From the human T2T-CHM13v2.0 reference genome, Homo sapiens: a DNA stretch of 64,000 nt. Shown piece after piece: positions 26,943 to 41,399 of this stretch. Within the stretch, counting starts at the first letter, position 1. Each line of letters begins with the position of its first letter. The stretch lies in assembly GCF_009914755.1 (NCBI RefSeq), contig NC_060947.1; one strand, 5' to 3'. The position numbers and the translations under genes are program-made. A model generated the notes under the pieces. It was given only the letters and a program-made list of their open reading frames with translations, did not search any database and was not told the DNA's origin.

Positions 26943-27190
26943 CACTGGTTTTCAATCCTCACTGCAAATTACAGTATCTGAGGAGTTTTAAAAAAAAAAA
27001 ATACTGATACTCATCCTGACCCCCATATATTTAAGATTTAATTGTTAAGAGATAGAATTTGGCTATTGTTATTTTCCCAAAGCTCCCCAAGTCATTATAG
27101 CATACATTGAGGGATGAGAATCAGACTCTTAAGTGGGAACTAAAAATCTACTTTTAAGATAAGTATACTTCAAGTGAATCTGACGCATTG
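26943..27190. mobile_element. MER5B/MER5A-like fragments
   Basis: cactggttttcaatcctcactgca...aaaaatactgat...aaagctccccaagt. Confidence 0.6.
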
Positions 27191-29304
27191 CCTATACTTT
27201 GTATATATAATTAGGTAAATTTAGGTACCCATCATATCACAAATCTGATATTCTAAGCAGCACATATTTGAAGTGCTCTGTGGTTCGTGTCTTCCAAATA
27301 AGCTTTTACCATTCATCATAACTCCTAGTTGTTATAATGATTAAAAGTAGCAGAGATGATCCAAATAAGCCATCAATCCATCAATCCAGAAATATTTTTA
27401 TTTTTAGAAGTCATACTTCCTTTTTAAATTTCACATTATTACACCAATATAATTTATGTAACATACATAGTAGTTCAAATAACTATATAAATGACTTATT
27501 TAATATATAAATGGAATTTGCACTGAAGAAGAGCACAACTGTTTGTGACCTCTTAATGCTGGGCAACGGAAAAGTGACTATTGACTTAACACCTGCTTTG
27601 CAAGTGGACATAGTTCCTCATTTTTGGACGAGGAAAACATGTCTGCAAATTCCAAGATTTGTTTTGAAGCGTTGCCTTTTAAAATTGCACATAGTTAATT
27701 CTGCAAACTCCCATAGTAGCAGAAATGTTCCAGAAAGGAGTTTAACTCATAAAATAATTAACTTGTAAACGTAATAGTCTTTATTGTGCTAGGTTCTTCC
27801 TTGCTTCTCTGAATATACACACTTTTGCTTCAGGGATTCTTTTCTTCTCCTCATAGAGGGCTTTAATTTCCTTCAAAATCACAGCCTTACAAGAGAGAAA
27901 ATGAAATTAGATAGTTTAATTAGCTAATCATCATTAAAAGTTAGAATTTATCTTGACGTAAAACACAGAAGTATGCTAATATTTTAGAAGTTTCCCTTTG
28001 ATATTGAAGTAGAATTTGGTTATCTTTCACTATTGGCTGTACATTCTAGAATTTGAATTCACAATAAATCTTCCACAGTATACAAGTGGAATTTAAGATT
28101 GCAAGATCTCTGGTATAAATATTTCATACTATTTACATTTTGGTTTCCTAAAGCCAAATGTGTATCTCTACTCTTTCACATTTGCAATTCTAAGGTGTTG
28201 GTAATCATCTTTATATCCGGAAAAAAATCTTAGAATATCATATCATGCTTAACATCTAATTTAGCTTCCTGACAGGCTTTCCCTTTAGCTATACAAGATG
28301 AATGACTACAGATACTTTTTATGCTTGTTTCCTTTTATGAACCATGCTATGTTTGGTGGAAATCATTTATATTTGCATTTATTGATGTCAGAAAGCCTTT
28401 TATTTATTCCCATTTAGTAAGCTGTGTATTAGAATGCGGTGATGATACCTAGAAGTCAGTTCCAGCTTTTGGTGAAGCATTAGAGTGCTGATAATATCAC
28501 CATCACTACCTCCTTTTCCCTCTCCAATTCTTAAATCTCAGTTATTGCTTTGTTTTACTAAATCTGAATTTCTATGTTGTTCTATATAATCTATACTCTA
28601 TTATGATGCTAGTCATCGACTAGTATCATAAAAGTGTTAATATACAAAGAAGGTAAAATGGGAATTCCAATTCAAATGTATGTGCCAGTCAATCCTGTTT
28701 CAGGAAAAAGTTACTATAGAAATTATTTAGTATATGCTACTTGCATAATGCCTAGATAATTGTAAAATCCTAGGTTTCAGACATGTGGAGTAACAAAATA
28801 TACATTTGAAAAAATAGCTTTTTTTCCTGAAATATAGAAGGTTAACATATTTTACAGTAATTAAAAGAATATTAGTAAATGTTATGTATAACATGGAAGT
28901 GACTAATTTTCCAGAAGAGTGAAAAGTGTTTGTTTAATTGTAGCAGACATGTGGTATGTAGAAGAAATACTGCTCTTTGTTTTAGGAATGTAGATTTTTT
29001 ACAATTTAAGTCATTACCAAAAATAATGCTGGATATGTCTGACTTAGCATGGAGGATTATTTAAAATAATTCTTCACGGGAGACCACGTTTTTGAGTAAC
29101 AACTTCAGTGAACTTGTTTATTCAATGTCAAAGTAGTTAAGGGAACAGTGTGAGCAAATGTATAAGTGCAATAAATTCAGTGACTCCAATCTTCTCATTA
29201 ATAATGCGTGAAAGCATAATACAAAGCAGGTATAATTTTACCATAAATGATATGCCTGTTTTCATAACATGGTCTCAACTGTGAAATTTTAACAAAGATA
29301 TCCT

Positions 29305-29425
29305 AAGGCACTATTTCTCATCATCATCACCTGGGAACTTGTTAGAAATGCAAGTTGTCTAGCCTTGCCTGAGACCAAACGTATAAAAAACTCTAGGGAG
29401 GGGCCCAGAAAACACTTCTGATGAA
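29305..29425. mobile_element. MER5A fragment
   Basis: catcacctgggaacttgttagaaatgcaa. Confidence 0.65.
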
Positions 29426-30019
29426 TCTAATAGATTAGATGGTTGGGAGAAAGTTTTCAGTAAGTGGTATAGCAGGTTTACAAGGATAGAAATTGGTAAT
29501 TTTTAAAATTCATTGTCTAAAGCTAGTTAAACACAAGGTCTATATTTAAGTCACCAATTCATTTGTTGATGAATGAAGAACTCAATATTCAAAGAATATA
29601 CAAATCTTTTTTCTCTATTATAGAATATATAATAAATAAAATTTGAAACTTTTTTATGCATTAGAAGATAGAAGTCATTAAATCATATAATACCTCATCC
29701 AACAGTACCAGAATTTTGGCTTAATAAAATGATAATTGCATGCCATGCACTTTGCTAATTACTTTCCATGCTTAATTAAAATCTTCAGTAAACTGGGCAA
29801 AGTAGGAATTATAATCCTAGATTATTAAATTAAGTTTAAACATAAATTTGTCTGATCCCAATGCTTTTGCTCAAAAAAGGATTATCTTCTAGATTCCAGC
29901 AGCTCACTTCTTTGGACTTTAACGTATTTGTGATGGTCTAAACATATTGGCTATCAAGTAGTTTATGAAAACTTGCTTTTAAACAGGCTAGTTGAAGATA
30001 CCTCACCTAAAGAGAGTAC

Positions 30020-30905
30020 TTTTTTTCCTTTTTTAATTGAATTAAAATTCGATAAAAAGTGATCTCACTGATAGGTGGGAATTGAACAATGAGAACACAT
30101 GGACACAGGAAGGGGAACATCACACACAGGGGCCTGTTGTGGGGTGGGGGGAGGGGGGAGGGATAGCATTAGGAGATATACCTAATGTTAAATGACGAGT
30201 TAATGGGTGCAGCACATCAACATGGCACATGTATACATATGTAACAAACCTGCACGTTGTGCACATGTACCCTAAAACTTAAAGTACAATAATAATAATA
30301 ATAAAAGAAACATAAAAAAGTGATCATTTTGAAATATATAATACGGTGTAATGTAATACATTTAAAATGTTATGCAAACATCAGTTCTATCTAGTTCCAA
30401 AACATTTTCATCACCCCCAAAAGAATACCCCATACACCTCAAATGATTGCTTCCCCTTTTCCCTTCCCCAGAGCCTTAGGCAGCCACTAATCTGCTTTTC
30501 CTCTGTATGCATTTTATTACTCTGGATATTTCATATAAACAGACTCACACAATATGTGACCTCTTATGTCTGGCTTCTTTCAATTAGCAAATGTTTTTGA
30601 GGCTCATTTATGTCGTAGCATATATCAGTACTTCATTCTTTTTTATGGCTGAATAATATTTTATCGTAGGGATATGGCACATCTTGTTTATCTGTTCATC
30701 CATTGATGAATATGTCTATTGTTTCTACATTTTTGCTATTGTTAACAGTGCTACTATGAACACTCATGTGCAAGGTTTTGTTTGAATACCTGTTTTGAAT
30801 TCTTTGGGCTTTATATCTAGGAGTAGAATTGCTGGGTCATATCATAATACTGTATTTTATTTTTAAGGAACCACCAAACTGCTTTTCAGTGGCAGTGCCA
30901 TTTTG
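30020..30905 (-). mobile_element. L1MB (L1MB7/8-like) 3' end, split by L1PA4
   Basis: ctatctagttccaaaacattttcatcaccccc; ccactaatctgctttt; ctggatatttcatataaac. Confidence 0.78.
30065..30314 (+). mobile_element. Short 5'-truncated young L1PA4-like insertion
   Basis: Near-consensus 3'UTR with G-rich tract. Exact TSD aaaaagtgatc (30054-30064 / 30315-30325). Confidence 0.92.
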
Positions 30906-30919
30906 TCTCTTTATACTAA

Positions 30920-32430
30920 TAGCTTATTTCTTAGAGTTTACAAAAAAATCTAACAGATAGTAAAGAGAATTTCCATATACTCCCCCCACACAGTTCCCCT
31001 GATTATTAATATTAATAACTTACATTATTGTGGTATATTTGTTACGACTGATAAACCAATATTGACACATTATTATTAAAGTCCATAGCTTATATCAATG
31101 TTTACTCTTTGTGTTGTACAGTGCTGTGAGTTTTTCCAAATGCATAATGCCATGTATCTGCCATTACAGATTAACACAGAATAGTTCCATTTCTCTAAAA
31201 ATCTCCTGTACTTCACCTATTCATTATTTCCTCATACCCTCCCCTTGTCTGTAACCCCTGCAACAGCTAAATTTTTACTGTCTATACACTTTTGCCTTTA
31301 CCAGAATGTTATATCGTTGAATTTATACAATATGTGGCTTTTTGAGACTGGCTTCTTTCAACTAGCAATAAAATGCATTTATGGTTTCTCCATGTCTATT
31401 CATGACTTGATAGCTGAAGTTTTTAACACTTAATAATATGTTGTTTTATGAATGTACCCCAGTTTATCCCATCCACCTATTGAAGGACACCTTGGTTTCT
31501 TTGAATTTTTGGCAAATGTGAATAAAGCTCCAATAAATATCTGGGTGCTGGTTTTGTGGGGATATGTTTTCAAATTATTTGGGTGAATGCCTAAATGTGT
31601 GATTGCTGAATCATGTTAAGATGTTTAGCTTTGTTAGAAACTTCCAGTCTGTCTTCAAAAGTGACTGTACCCTTTTTCAATTCCACCTGCAATCAATGAT
31701 GCTCAATATTCTCACCAGCATTTTATGGTGTCAGTTTTTTTGTACTTTAGCCATTCTAAGAGCTGTTCAGTTGTATTTCATTATTGTTTTAGTTTGCAAT
31801 TCCCCAATTATGTATAATATTGAGCATCTCATAAGTTTATTTGCCATTTATTTATGGTTTTACTGAGGTATCTGCTCCAATATTTTGTTCATTTTAAAAT
31901 TGGGTTGTTTCTTCTCTTATTGTTGAATTTTGAGAGCTCTTTGTATCAGATGCGTTTTGGAAATATTTTCTCCCAGTCTGTGGCTTGTCTTTTTATTACC
32001 TTAACATTATATTTCTCAGAAAAGAGGTTTTTATTTTAATACATGGAAAATTTATCAATTCTTCTTTCAGTGATTATGTATTTGGTGTTGTAACTAAAAA
32101 ACTTATGATTAAACTCAAAGTCAGCTAGATATTGCTCTGTTATCTTCTAAAGGTTTTATAATTTTGATTTACATTTAGGTCTCTGATCCATTTTAGGTTA
32201 GCTTTTATGAAAGGCCTAAGGTCAGGGTCTAGATTAATTTTTGCATGTGAATGTCCGGTTGTTCCAGCACCATTTGTTGAAAAGACTATCAATTCTTCAT
32301 TGAATTGTCTTTGTTCTTTTTTCAAAAATACTTTTATTGATTTTGTGTGTGTGTATTCTGATCCTTCTATTCTGTTCCATTGATAGACTGGTTTATTCTT
32401 TCACTTATACCACACCTTCTTGACTACTGT
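30920..32430 (-). mobile_element. L1MC/L1MD 3'UTR plus ORF2 end
   Basis: gagaatttccatatactcc, aaccaatattgacacattattatt, gttgttccagcaccatttgttgaaaagac. Confidence 0.75.
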
Positions 32431-32479
32431 GGATTTATAGTAAATGTTTTGCTAATTATTTATCTTTATTTGACTAATA

Positions 32480-33520
32480 ATTACTCAGGTGCATGGCTCT
32501 TCTGTATTTACTCACGTTTGCAGCCATGTTCTGTGATGCAGAGTAGGAGAGGTGAACCCTCACCAGGTCCACTTCTGGACCTTGGGGTTGCCCCCTCCAA
32601 TCACTGGCATTGTGCTCATGTTTCTTTTGTTAGGTGTTCTGGGCCACAGAGTTCTCTGTGCAGAGACTTAGTCAGAGAGATAGGCCACATCTTTTCTGCG
32701 CAGGTCCTTTGGAGGGAGGCATGTCCTGCTCCAGCTACAGTTCATGAGCCTGTGTATCTCACTTGTCTCAGTGTTCTCAAAGTGTGGGCTCCTCGCCTGC
32801 TCAATTGTTGGTGAAATATTTCAACTTTACACTACCGAGCTGCACACTGCAGCCCTGCAGCACTAGGATCAGGTCACATCTCCATTCTCTAAACCCTTGG
32901 AGTGTGCTGGGGGACCTGATGTGCTCCCAGGCTACCAGAAAAGTAACTAGGTGGAGTAAAGCACTGAGGCTGGCATGAAGGAGGGCCTGCAAAACAGATG
33001 TGCCCCAGTCCTATGGGAAAGGTGGCTCTGCTTTTTCTTGGGCTGGTGGTCAACTGGTTCTAGAGTTTCTTGGAGGGAGTTGGGGGATGGGCACCTATGA
33101 TCACACTCTATTAGAACTGCACTGGTCACAAAGGCCCTCGGTTCCATGCTAGCTGAAGCCCTTTTTCTGTCTACCTTCCAGGCAGATCCCCCTCCCAGCT
33201 CAAATGTCCATGGGAAACCTGCGGCCCCCTGTAGCTAGGATCCCATAGCTCAGCAACGAAAGTGAGTATTCCCACAGCACCTTCACTCATCTGTTTTTCA
33301 AGAGCCATTCAGGCATGGAAAATAGCCCCAGCATTAGGCTACCCCATGCAGGGTTCCCAGCCTCCTTTTCAGCCTCAGCCTGAGGGTCTGTGTCACATCT
33401 ACAACCACTCTCTGCATTTTCTCTCCAAATATCTGTCCAAGTTATGTTTGTTCACTCAAAACCTTGGTCTTTCTCAGTTGAAATGGCACGTCCTGGCTGT
33501 GTCTAGTTTGCCATCTTCAG
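32480..33520 (-). mobile_element. Orphan L1 5'UTR fragment (old L1P/L1M 5' end)
   Basis: GC-richer block ending gtgtctagtttgccatctt, the reverse complement of an aagatggc L1 start. Confidence 0.6.
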
Positions 33521-34310
33521 CTTTATTCTTTTTAAATTTATGGAAACTTGTTTTGTGGTCTAGTATATGGTCTTCCTGGAGAATGTTCTATGTGCACGTG
33601 AGAACAATATATATTTTGCTGTTTTGTTGGATGGAGTGTTCTTTTTAGTATGTCTTTTTATATATGTCTTTTTAGTAAAATTAGTTTATAGAGTTGTTCA
33701 AGTCCTCTATTTATTTATTAAACTTGTATCTAGATATTCCATACATTATTGAAAGTATGGTGTTGCCAAAGGTCATGACTAATGCCTTTAATGCCAGCGC
33801 TTTGGGAGGCCAAGGTGAGTATGTCACTTGAGCCCAAATGTTCAAGACCAGCCTGGGCAAAATGGCAAACCAACATCTCTACAAATAAATAAATAAATAA
33901 ATATATATATATCCAGACATGGTGGCATGCGAGTGTAGTCCTATCTACTCAGGTGGCTGAGGTGAGAGGACCACTTGAGCCTTGGAGGCCAAGGCTTCAG
34001 TGAGCCGTGATCACACCACTGCACTCCAGCCTGGATTACAGAGTGAGAAAGCGGATCAAAAAAAAAATGTATGGTGTGGAAGTCTACAGTTATTGTAGAA
34101 CTTTCCATTTCTCCATTCAATTCTCTCAATGTTTGCTTCATATATTTGTGGAATTTATTGATTGGTACATAGATGTTTAGAGTTTTTATATCTTCTTGAA
34201 AATTTTACCATTTTATCTGTATCTATATAGTTATTATTTGTCTCTTGTAACAGTTTTTGACTTAAAGTTTATTTTGAATGATATTAGTATAGCCATCCTA
34301 GCTCTATTTT
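33521..34310 (-). mobile_element. L1M ORF2 (endonuclease region) fragment
   Basis: atatggtcttcctggagaatgttc; ttattgtagaactttccatttctcc. Confidence 0.7.
33765..34067 (+). mobile_element. AluJ
   Basis: tcacttgagcccaaatgttcaagacc, gcagtgagccgtgatc-like motif; TSD core gtatggtgt on both sides. Confidence 0.9.
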
Positions 34311-34424
34311 CTTTAAAGTTAATAGATGCTATTTTTAGAGCAGTTTTTATGTCTACAAAAACATTGACGAGAAAGTACAAAGAGTTTCCATTTGCTCCTT
34401 ACTCCACCTCAATTTCCCCAATTC

Positions 34425-37400
34425 TTTTTATACTTCTTTTTAAATTTTAATGGTTTTTAAGAAACAGGTGGTTTTGGTTATATGGATCAGTTCTTTAATG
34501 CTGATTTCTGAGATTCTGATGCACCCATAACCAGAGCAGTATAGACTATGCCAACATGTAGTCTCTTATCCCTCAATGCCCTCTGAACCTTCCCTCTGTG
34601 TCCCCAGAGTCCATTAAATCATTCTTATGCTTTTACATCCTCATAGCTCAGCTTCCACTTATAAGTGAGAACATAGGATATTTGTTTTTCCATTTCTGAG
34701 TTACATTACTTAGAATAATGGCCTTCGACTCCACCCAAGTTGCTGCAAAGTTCATTTTTCCTTTCGTTTTTATGGCTGAGTAGTATTCCACGGTATCTAT
34801 ATACCAAATTTTCTGTATCCACTCATTGGTTGATGGGTATTTAGGTTGATTCCATTTCTTTGCAATTGTGAATTGTACTGTAATTAACATACTAGTGCAG
34901 ATGTATTTTTGATATAATGCTTCTTTTTCTTTGGGTAGATACCCAATAGTAGGATTGCTGGGTCAAATGGTGGTTTTATTTTTATTCCTTTAAGGCATCT
35001 CCATATTGTTTTTCACAATGGCTGTACTAGTTTACATTCCCCCCAGCAGTGTAAAAGTGTTCCTTTTTCACCACATCCATGCCAACATTTATTATTATTT
35101 TTATTTTTAAATTATAGCCATTTTTGCAGGAGTAAGGTGGTCTCTCACTGCAGTTTTAATTTACATTTCCCTGATAATCAGTGATGTTGAGCATTTTTTT
35201 GTTTGTTTGCCATTTGCGTATCTTCTTTTGAGAATTATCCATTCATGTCTTTTACCCATTTACGATGAGATTGTTTTTGCTGTTGTTGTTGTTTTCTAGC
35301 TGATTTGAGTTCCTTTTAGATTCTAAATATTTGGCCTTTGTTGGATTCATGGTTTTTTAATATTTTCATGCATTCAGTAGGTTGTCTGTTTACTCTGCTG
35401 ATTATTTCTTTTGCCATGCAGAAGCTTTTTATTTTAATTAGGTCCTATTTATTTATTTTTATTTTTGTTGCATGTGCTTTTGGGTACTTGGTCATGAATT
35501 CTTTGGTAAGCCAATGGCCAGAAGAGTTTTTTCAATATTATCTTGTAGAATTTTTATGGTTTTGGGTCTTAGATTTAAGACTTCCATTCACCTTGAGTTG
35601 ATTTTTATATAAGGTGAGAGATAAGGAACCAGTTTCATTCTACTCTATGTGGCTTGCCAATTATCTCAGCACCATTTGTTGAATAAGGTGTCCTTTCCCC
35701 ACTTTATGTTTTTGTATGCCTTGTTAAAGATCAGTTGACTCTATTTGGCTTTATTTCTGTGTTTTCTATTCAGTTCCATTGGTCTAAGGCCTATTTTTAT
35801 ATCAGCACCATGCTGCTTTGGTAACTGTAGCCTTGCAGTATGGTTTGAAGTTAGGTAATGCGATGGCTCCAGATTTATTCTTTTTGCTTAATATTGCTTT
35901 CGCTATGCAGGCTTTTCTTTGGTTCCATATGAATTTTAGAATTGTTTTTTCTAGTTCCGTGAAGAATGATAATGGTATTTTGATGGGAATAGTGTTGAAT
36001 TTGTAGATTGCTTCAGGCAGTGTGGTCATTTTCACAGTATTGATTCTACCCATCAATGAGCATGTAATGCTTTTCATTTGTTTGTGTCATCTATGATTTG
36101 TTTCAGCAGTGTTTTGTAATTTTTCTTGTAGAGCTCTTTTACCGCCTTGGTTAAGTATATTTGTAATTATTTTATTTTATTTTTGCAGCTGTTGTAAAAG
36201 GGATTGTGTTCTTAAATTGATTCTCAGTTTGGTCGTTGTCAGTGTATAGCAGTACTACTGATTTGTGTACATTGATTTTTGTATGCTGAAATTTTTCTGA
36301 ATGTATTTATCAGATCTGGGAGGTTTTTAGATGAGTCTTTAGGGTTTTCTAGGTATTAGTTTATATCTGGGTGAACAGCAACAGTTTAACTTCCTCTTTT
36401 CCAATTTGGATGCCCTTTATTTCCTTCTCTTATCTGATTGCTCTGGCTAGAATTTCCAGTACTATGTTGAATATAAGTGGTAAAAGTGGGCATCCTTGTC
36501 TTGATCCAGTCCTCAGGGGGAACACTTTCAACTTTTTTCCATTTGGTATGATATTGGCTTTGGGTTTCTCATAGGTGGCTTTTATTCCTTTGAGATATAT
36601 GTCCTCTATGCCAAATTTGTTAAGGATTTTTATCATAAAGGAATACTGGATGTTGTCAAATGATTTTTCTGCATCTTTTGAGATGATTATATGATTTTTA
36701 TTTTTAATTCTTTTTATGTGATGTATCACATTTGTTGAATTGCGTATGTTAAACCATCCCTGCATCACTGATATGAAACCCACTTACTCATGATGTTTTA
36801 TCTTTTAGATATGCTGTTGGATTCAGTTAGATAGTATTTTGTTGAGGATTTTTGCTTCTGTGTTCATCAGGGATAATGGTCGGTAGTTTTCTTTTTTTGT
36901 TACGTCCTTTTCTGGTTTTGGTATTAGGGTGATATTAGCTTCATAGAATGATTTAGTAAGAACTCCCTCTTTATCCTTTGGAATAGTTTCAATAGGATTG
37001 GTACCAATTATTTGAATGTCTTGTGGAATTCAGCTGTGACTCCATCTGGTCCTGGCCCTTTTTTCTTGGCAAATTGTAAATTGCTGTATCAGTCTCACTG
37101 TTTGCTATTGGTCTGCCCTGATTTCTTCCTGATTTCTGCCTATTACTTCCTGATTTAATCTAGGAGATTTGTATATTTCCAGGAATTTATTTGTCTTCTC
37201 TAGATTTTCTAGTTTGTGCATGTAAGGGTGTTCATAGTAGCCTTGAATAATCTCTTGTATTTCTGTTGTATCAGTTGTAATATGTTCATTTTCATTTCTA
37301 ATTGAGCTTATTTGGATTTTCTCTCTTTTTTATTGGTTAATCTCACTAATGTTCTATCAATTTTGTTTATTTTTTCAAAGAACCAGCTTTTGTTTCATTT

Positions 37401-38820
37401 ATTTTTTCTATCTTTTTGTTTCAATTTCGTTTAGTTCTTCTCTGATTTTTGAATTTCTTTTTTTCTGCTGGATTTGGGTTTAATTTGTTCTTGTTTCTTT
37501 GATTCCTTGAGGTGTAACATTAGTTTGTCTATTTGTGTTCCTTCAGACTTTTTGAAGAAGGAATTTAATGCTATGAACTTTTCTCTTAACACTGCTTTTG
37601 CTGTATCCAAGAGGTTTTTTTTTTAATTAGTACCATTATTGTCATTCTGTTCAAAGAATTTTTTAATTTCCACCTTGATTTCATTCTTAACCCAAATATT
37701 ATTAAAGCGATTATTTAATTTCCATGTATTTGTTTAGTTTTGAGGGTTCCTTTCTGGGTTAATTTCCAGTTTTATTCTACTGTGGTCTGAGAACATACTT
37801 GATATGATGTCATTTTTTACAAATGTATTGAGACTTGTTTTGTGCCCTATCATGTATGTGGTCTATCTTGGAGAATGTTCCATGTGCTGATGAGAAGAAT
37901 GTATATTTTGCAACTGTTGTGCAGAATGTTCTGTAAATATGTGTTAAGTTCATTTGTTCTAGGGTATAGTTTAAGTCCATTTATTCTTTGTCGACTTTCT
38001 CTCTTGGTGAACTGTCTAGCACTCAGTGAAGTATTGAAGTCCCCTACTATTATTGTGTTTCCATGTATTTAATTTCTTAGGTCTAGTAGTAATAGTTCTA
38101 TGAGTTTGGGAGCTCCAGTGTTAGGTGCATACATATTTAGGATTATAATATCTTCCTATTAAACTAGTCTTTTTATGATTATATAATGTCCTTCTTTACT
38201 TTTTTTTTTAAGAACAGCTACTCCTGCTCACTTTTGTTTTCATTTGAATGAAATATTTTTTCCACTCTTTTACCTATGTGTTAGGTAAATCTCTCAAAGA
38301 CAGCAGTTACCCACTTAGTGGGTTTTTATCAATTCTGCCATTCCGTATCTCTTAAGAGGAGCATTAAGTCATTTACATTCAATATTAGTATTGAGGTGTG
38401 AGGTACTGTTTTATTCATCATGTTAGTTATTCCCTAATACTTTGCTCTTTTATTGTGTTATTGTTTAATAGGCCCTATAAAATTTATGCTTTAAGAAGAT
38501 TCTATTTTGGTGTATTCTGAGGTTTAATTTTACAATTTAGGACTCCTTTAGCATTTCTTGTAGTGCTGATTTGGTAGTGGCAAATTCTCTCAGCATTTGT
38601 TTGTCTGAGAAAGACTTTATCTCTCCTTCATTTATGAAGTTTAGTTTTTCTGGATACACAATTTTTGGCTTACAAGTATTTTGTTTAGGGAAGCTAAAGA
38701 TAGGACCCCAATTCTTTCTGGCTTGTAAAGTTACTGCTGAGAAATCTGCTGTTAGTCTGGTAGGTTTCCTTAATATGTTACCTGATGCTTTTATCTCATA
38801 ACTCCTATGATTCTTTCAGG
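34425..38820 (-). mobile_element. L1PB (L1PB1/2-like), 3'UTR through ORF2 into ORF1
   Basis: ORF2 remnants in the track (36430-36783 GWFNIRNS...[23 protein letters not shown]); L1PB-type 3'UTR. Confidence 0.87.
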
Positions 38821-38917
38821 GATGATTTCTTTCTACTTATTATGTTCATTCAAATGTGCTATACTTTACATGTTTCTTTTTATGCCTTATAATATTTTTT
38901 GGTAGAAAGATGAAGAT

Positions 38918-39215
38918 TTCCTGGGCACAGTGGCTCATACCTATAATCCAAGCTACTCAAAATGGTGAGGGAGGAGGATTGTTTGAGGCCACAGTTCAAG
39001 GCCAGCCTCAACAACATAACAAGTTGCCTATATCTTTAAAAAAAATTAAATTAGTTGGGCCCAGTGGCTTACACATCTAGTCCCAGCTACTTATGAGGTT
39101 GAAGTGGGATGATCTCTTAAACCTAGGGGTTTAAGGCTGAAGTGAGCTCTGATCATGACACTACACTCCAGTATGGGCAACAGAGTAAGACCCTCATCTC
39201 TAAAATTTTATAAAA
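38918..39215 (+). mobile_element. AluJ (highly diverged)
   Basis: ctgggcacagtggctcatacctataatcc ... cactccagtatgggcaacagagtaagaccc. Confidence 0.85.
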
Positions 39216-39839
39216 ATGAAAAAAATATATACCTTTGAATATTATAACATGGTAATTCTGGAATCAGATTCTTCTTTCACAGGATTTGCTGGGATTTTTT
39301 AAAAAATGTTTAAGGCTCTAGTTGTTTATTATTTTTAGTGACTTTTTCAAACCATTTTTCAAAAACTATAAAACTTCTTTTCATGTGTGGTCATGATGTC
39401 CTTGTTTGTTTAGCTTGTGTGCAGCTGGTGTTTTCACGTTTCCTGAATGCCAGGAGCTACAAATAGAAAACAAAAACATATACAAGATTTTGCTTATTAT
39501 TCCTCTACTGGGGCTCTCTTTCAACATAAAGCCAAGTTTAAGTTTACAGTGAAACTAGGAATCAGCTTGATGTAAAAGCTTAGGGTGTTCTCAGATTTCT
39601 TCTGAGCATGTGTCTTGCCCTAGGCCTGCATGCGACTTTATAATTTATCAGGTATGGGTGATCTGTACACTCTAATGTAAAACAAAAACCCACCCCAATT
39701 TTTTTTTACCAGACTATAGGTAGTCTATTGTATGTCTTATATGTACTCTTTTGTCCCAGGCATCAAGTTGTTTGTTTACCTTACAATATTTTTGAGCAAT
39801 GCCTGCCACTTCTTTAGCTGGAGTAAGTTACAAACTTCT

Positions 39840-40920
<1,081 letters not shown>

Positions 40921-40924
40921 AGGA

Positions 40925-41279
40925 TGTTTTTGTCTGTACTCATGCTGCTAATAAAGACATACCCAAGGCTGGGTAATTTATAAATAAGAGGTTTAATTGA
41001 CTCATAGTTGCACGTGGCTGGGGAGGCCTCACAATCATGGCAGAAGGCAAAGGAGGAGAAAAGTCACTTCTTACATGGTGGCAGTCAAGAGAGAAGGGCA
41101 AAGCAAAAGGGGAAAAACCCCTCACGAAGCCATCAGATCTCGTGAGAACTCACTCACTATCATGAGGGTAACCACCCATGATTGAATTACTTTACACCAG
41201 GTCCCTCCCATAACATGTGGGGATTATGGGAACTACAATTCAAATGAGATTTGGGTAGCGACACAGCTAAACCATATCA
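40925..41279 (-). mobile_element. THE1 (C/D-like) solo LTR
   Basis: ctcatgctgctaataaagacatacccaag ... gacacagctaaaccatatca. Confidence 0.9.
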
Positions 41280-41399
41280 CAGGGCAAAAATAAAGATATT
41301 TATTGCAGAATAGTAGTAAACTGCAGAAGTTGACTACTATTTACATGCTGTCACTAACAAGATATTTAAGAAATTTTTAAGGAAGGAATGGGATATAAG

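Noticed and set aside
30139-30162. G-quadruplex-like tract
   Set aside because: It is a standard part of the L1PA 3'UTR.
32380-33648. GC-richer ORF cluster (144 aa, 128 aa) as exons
   Set aside because: They overlap an antisense L1 5'UTR, where higher GC content lengthens chance ORFs.
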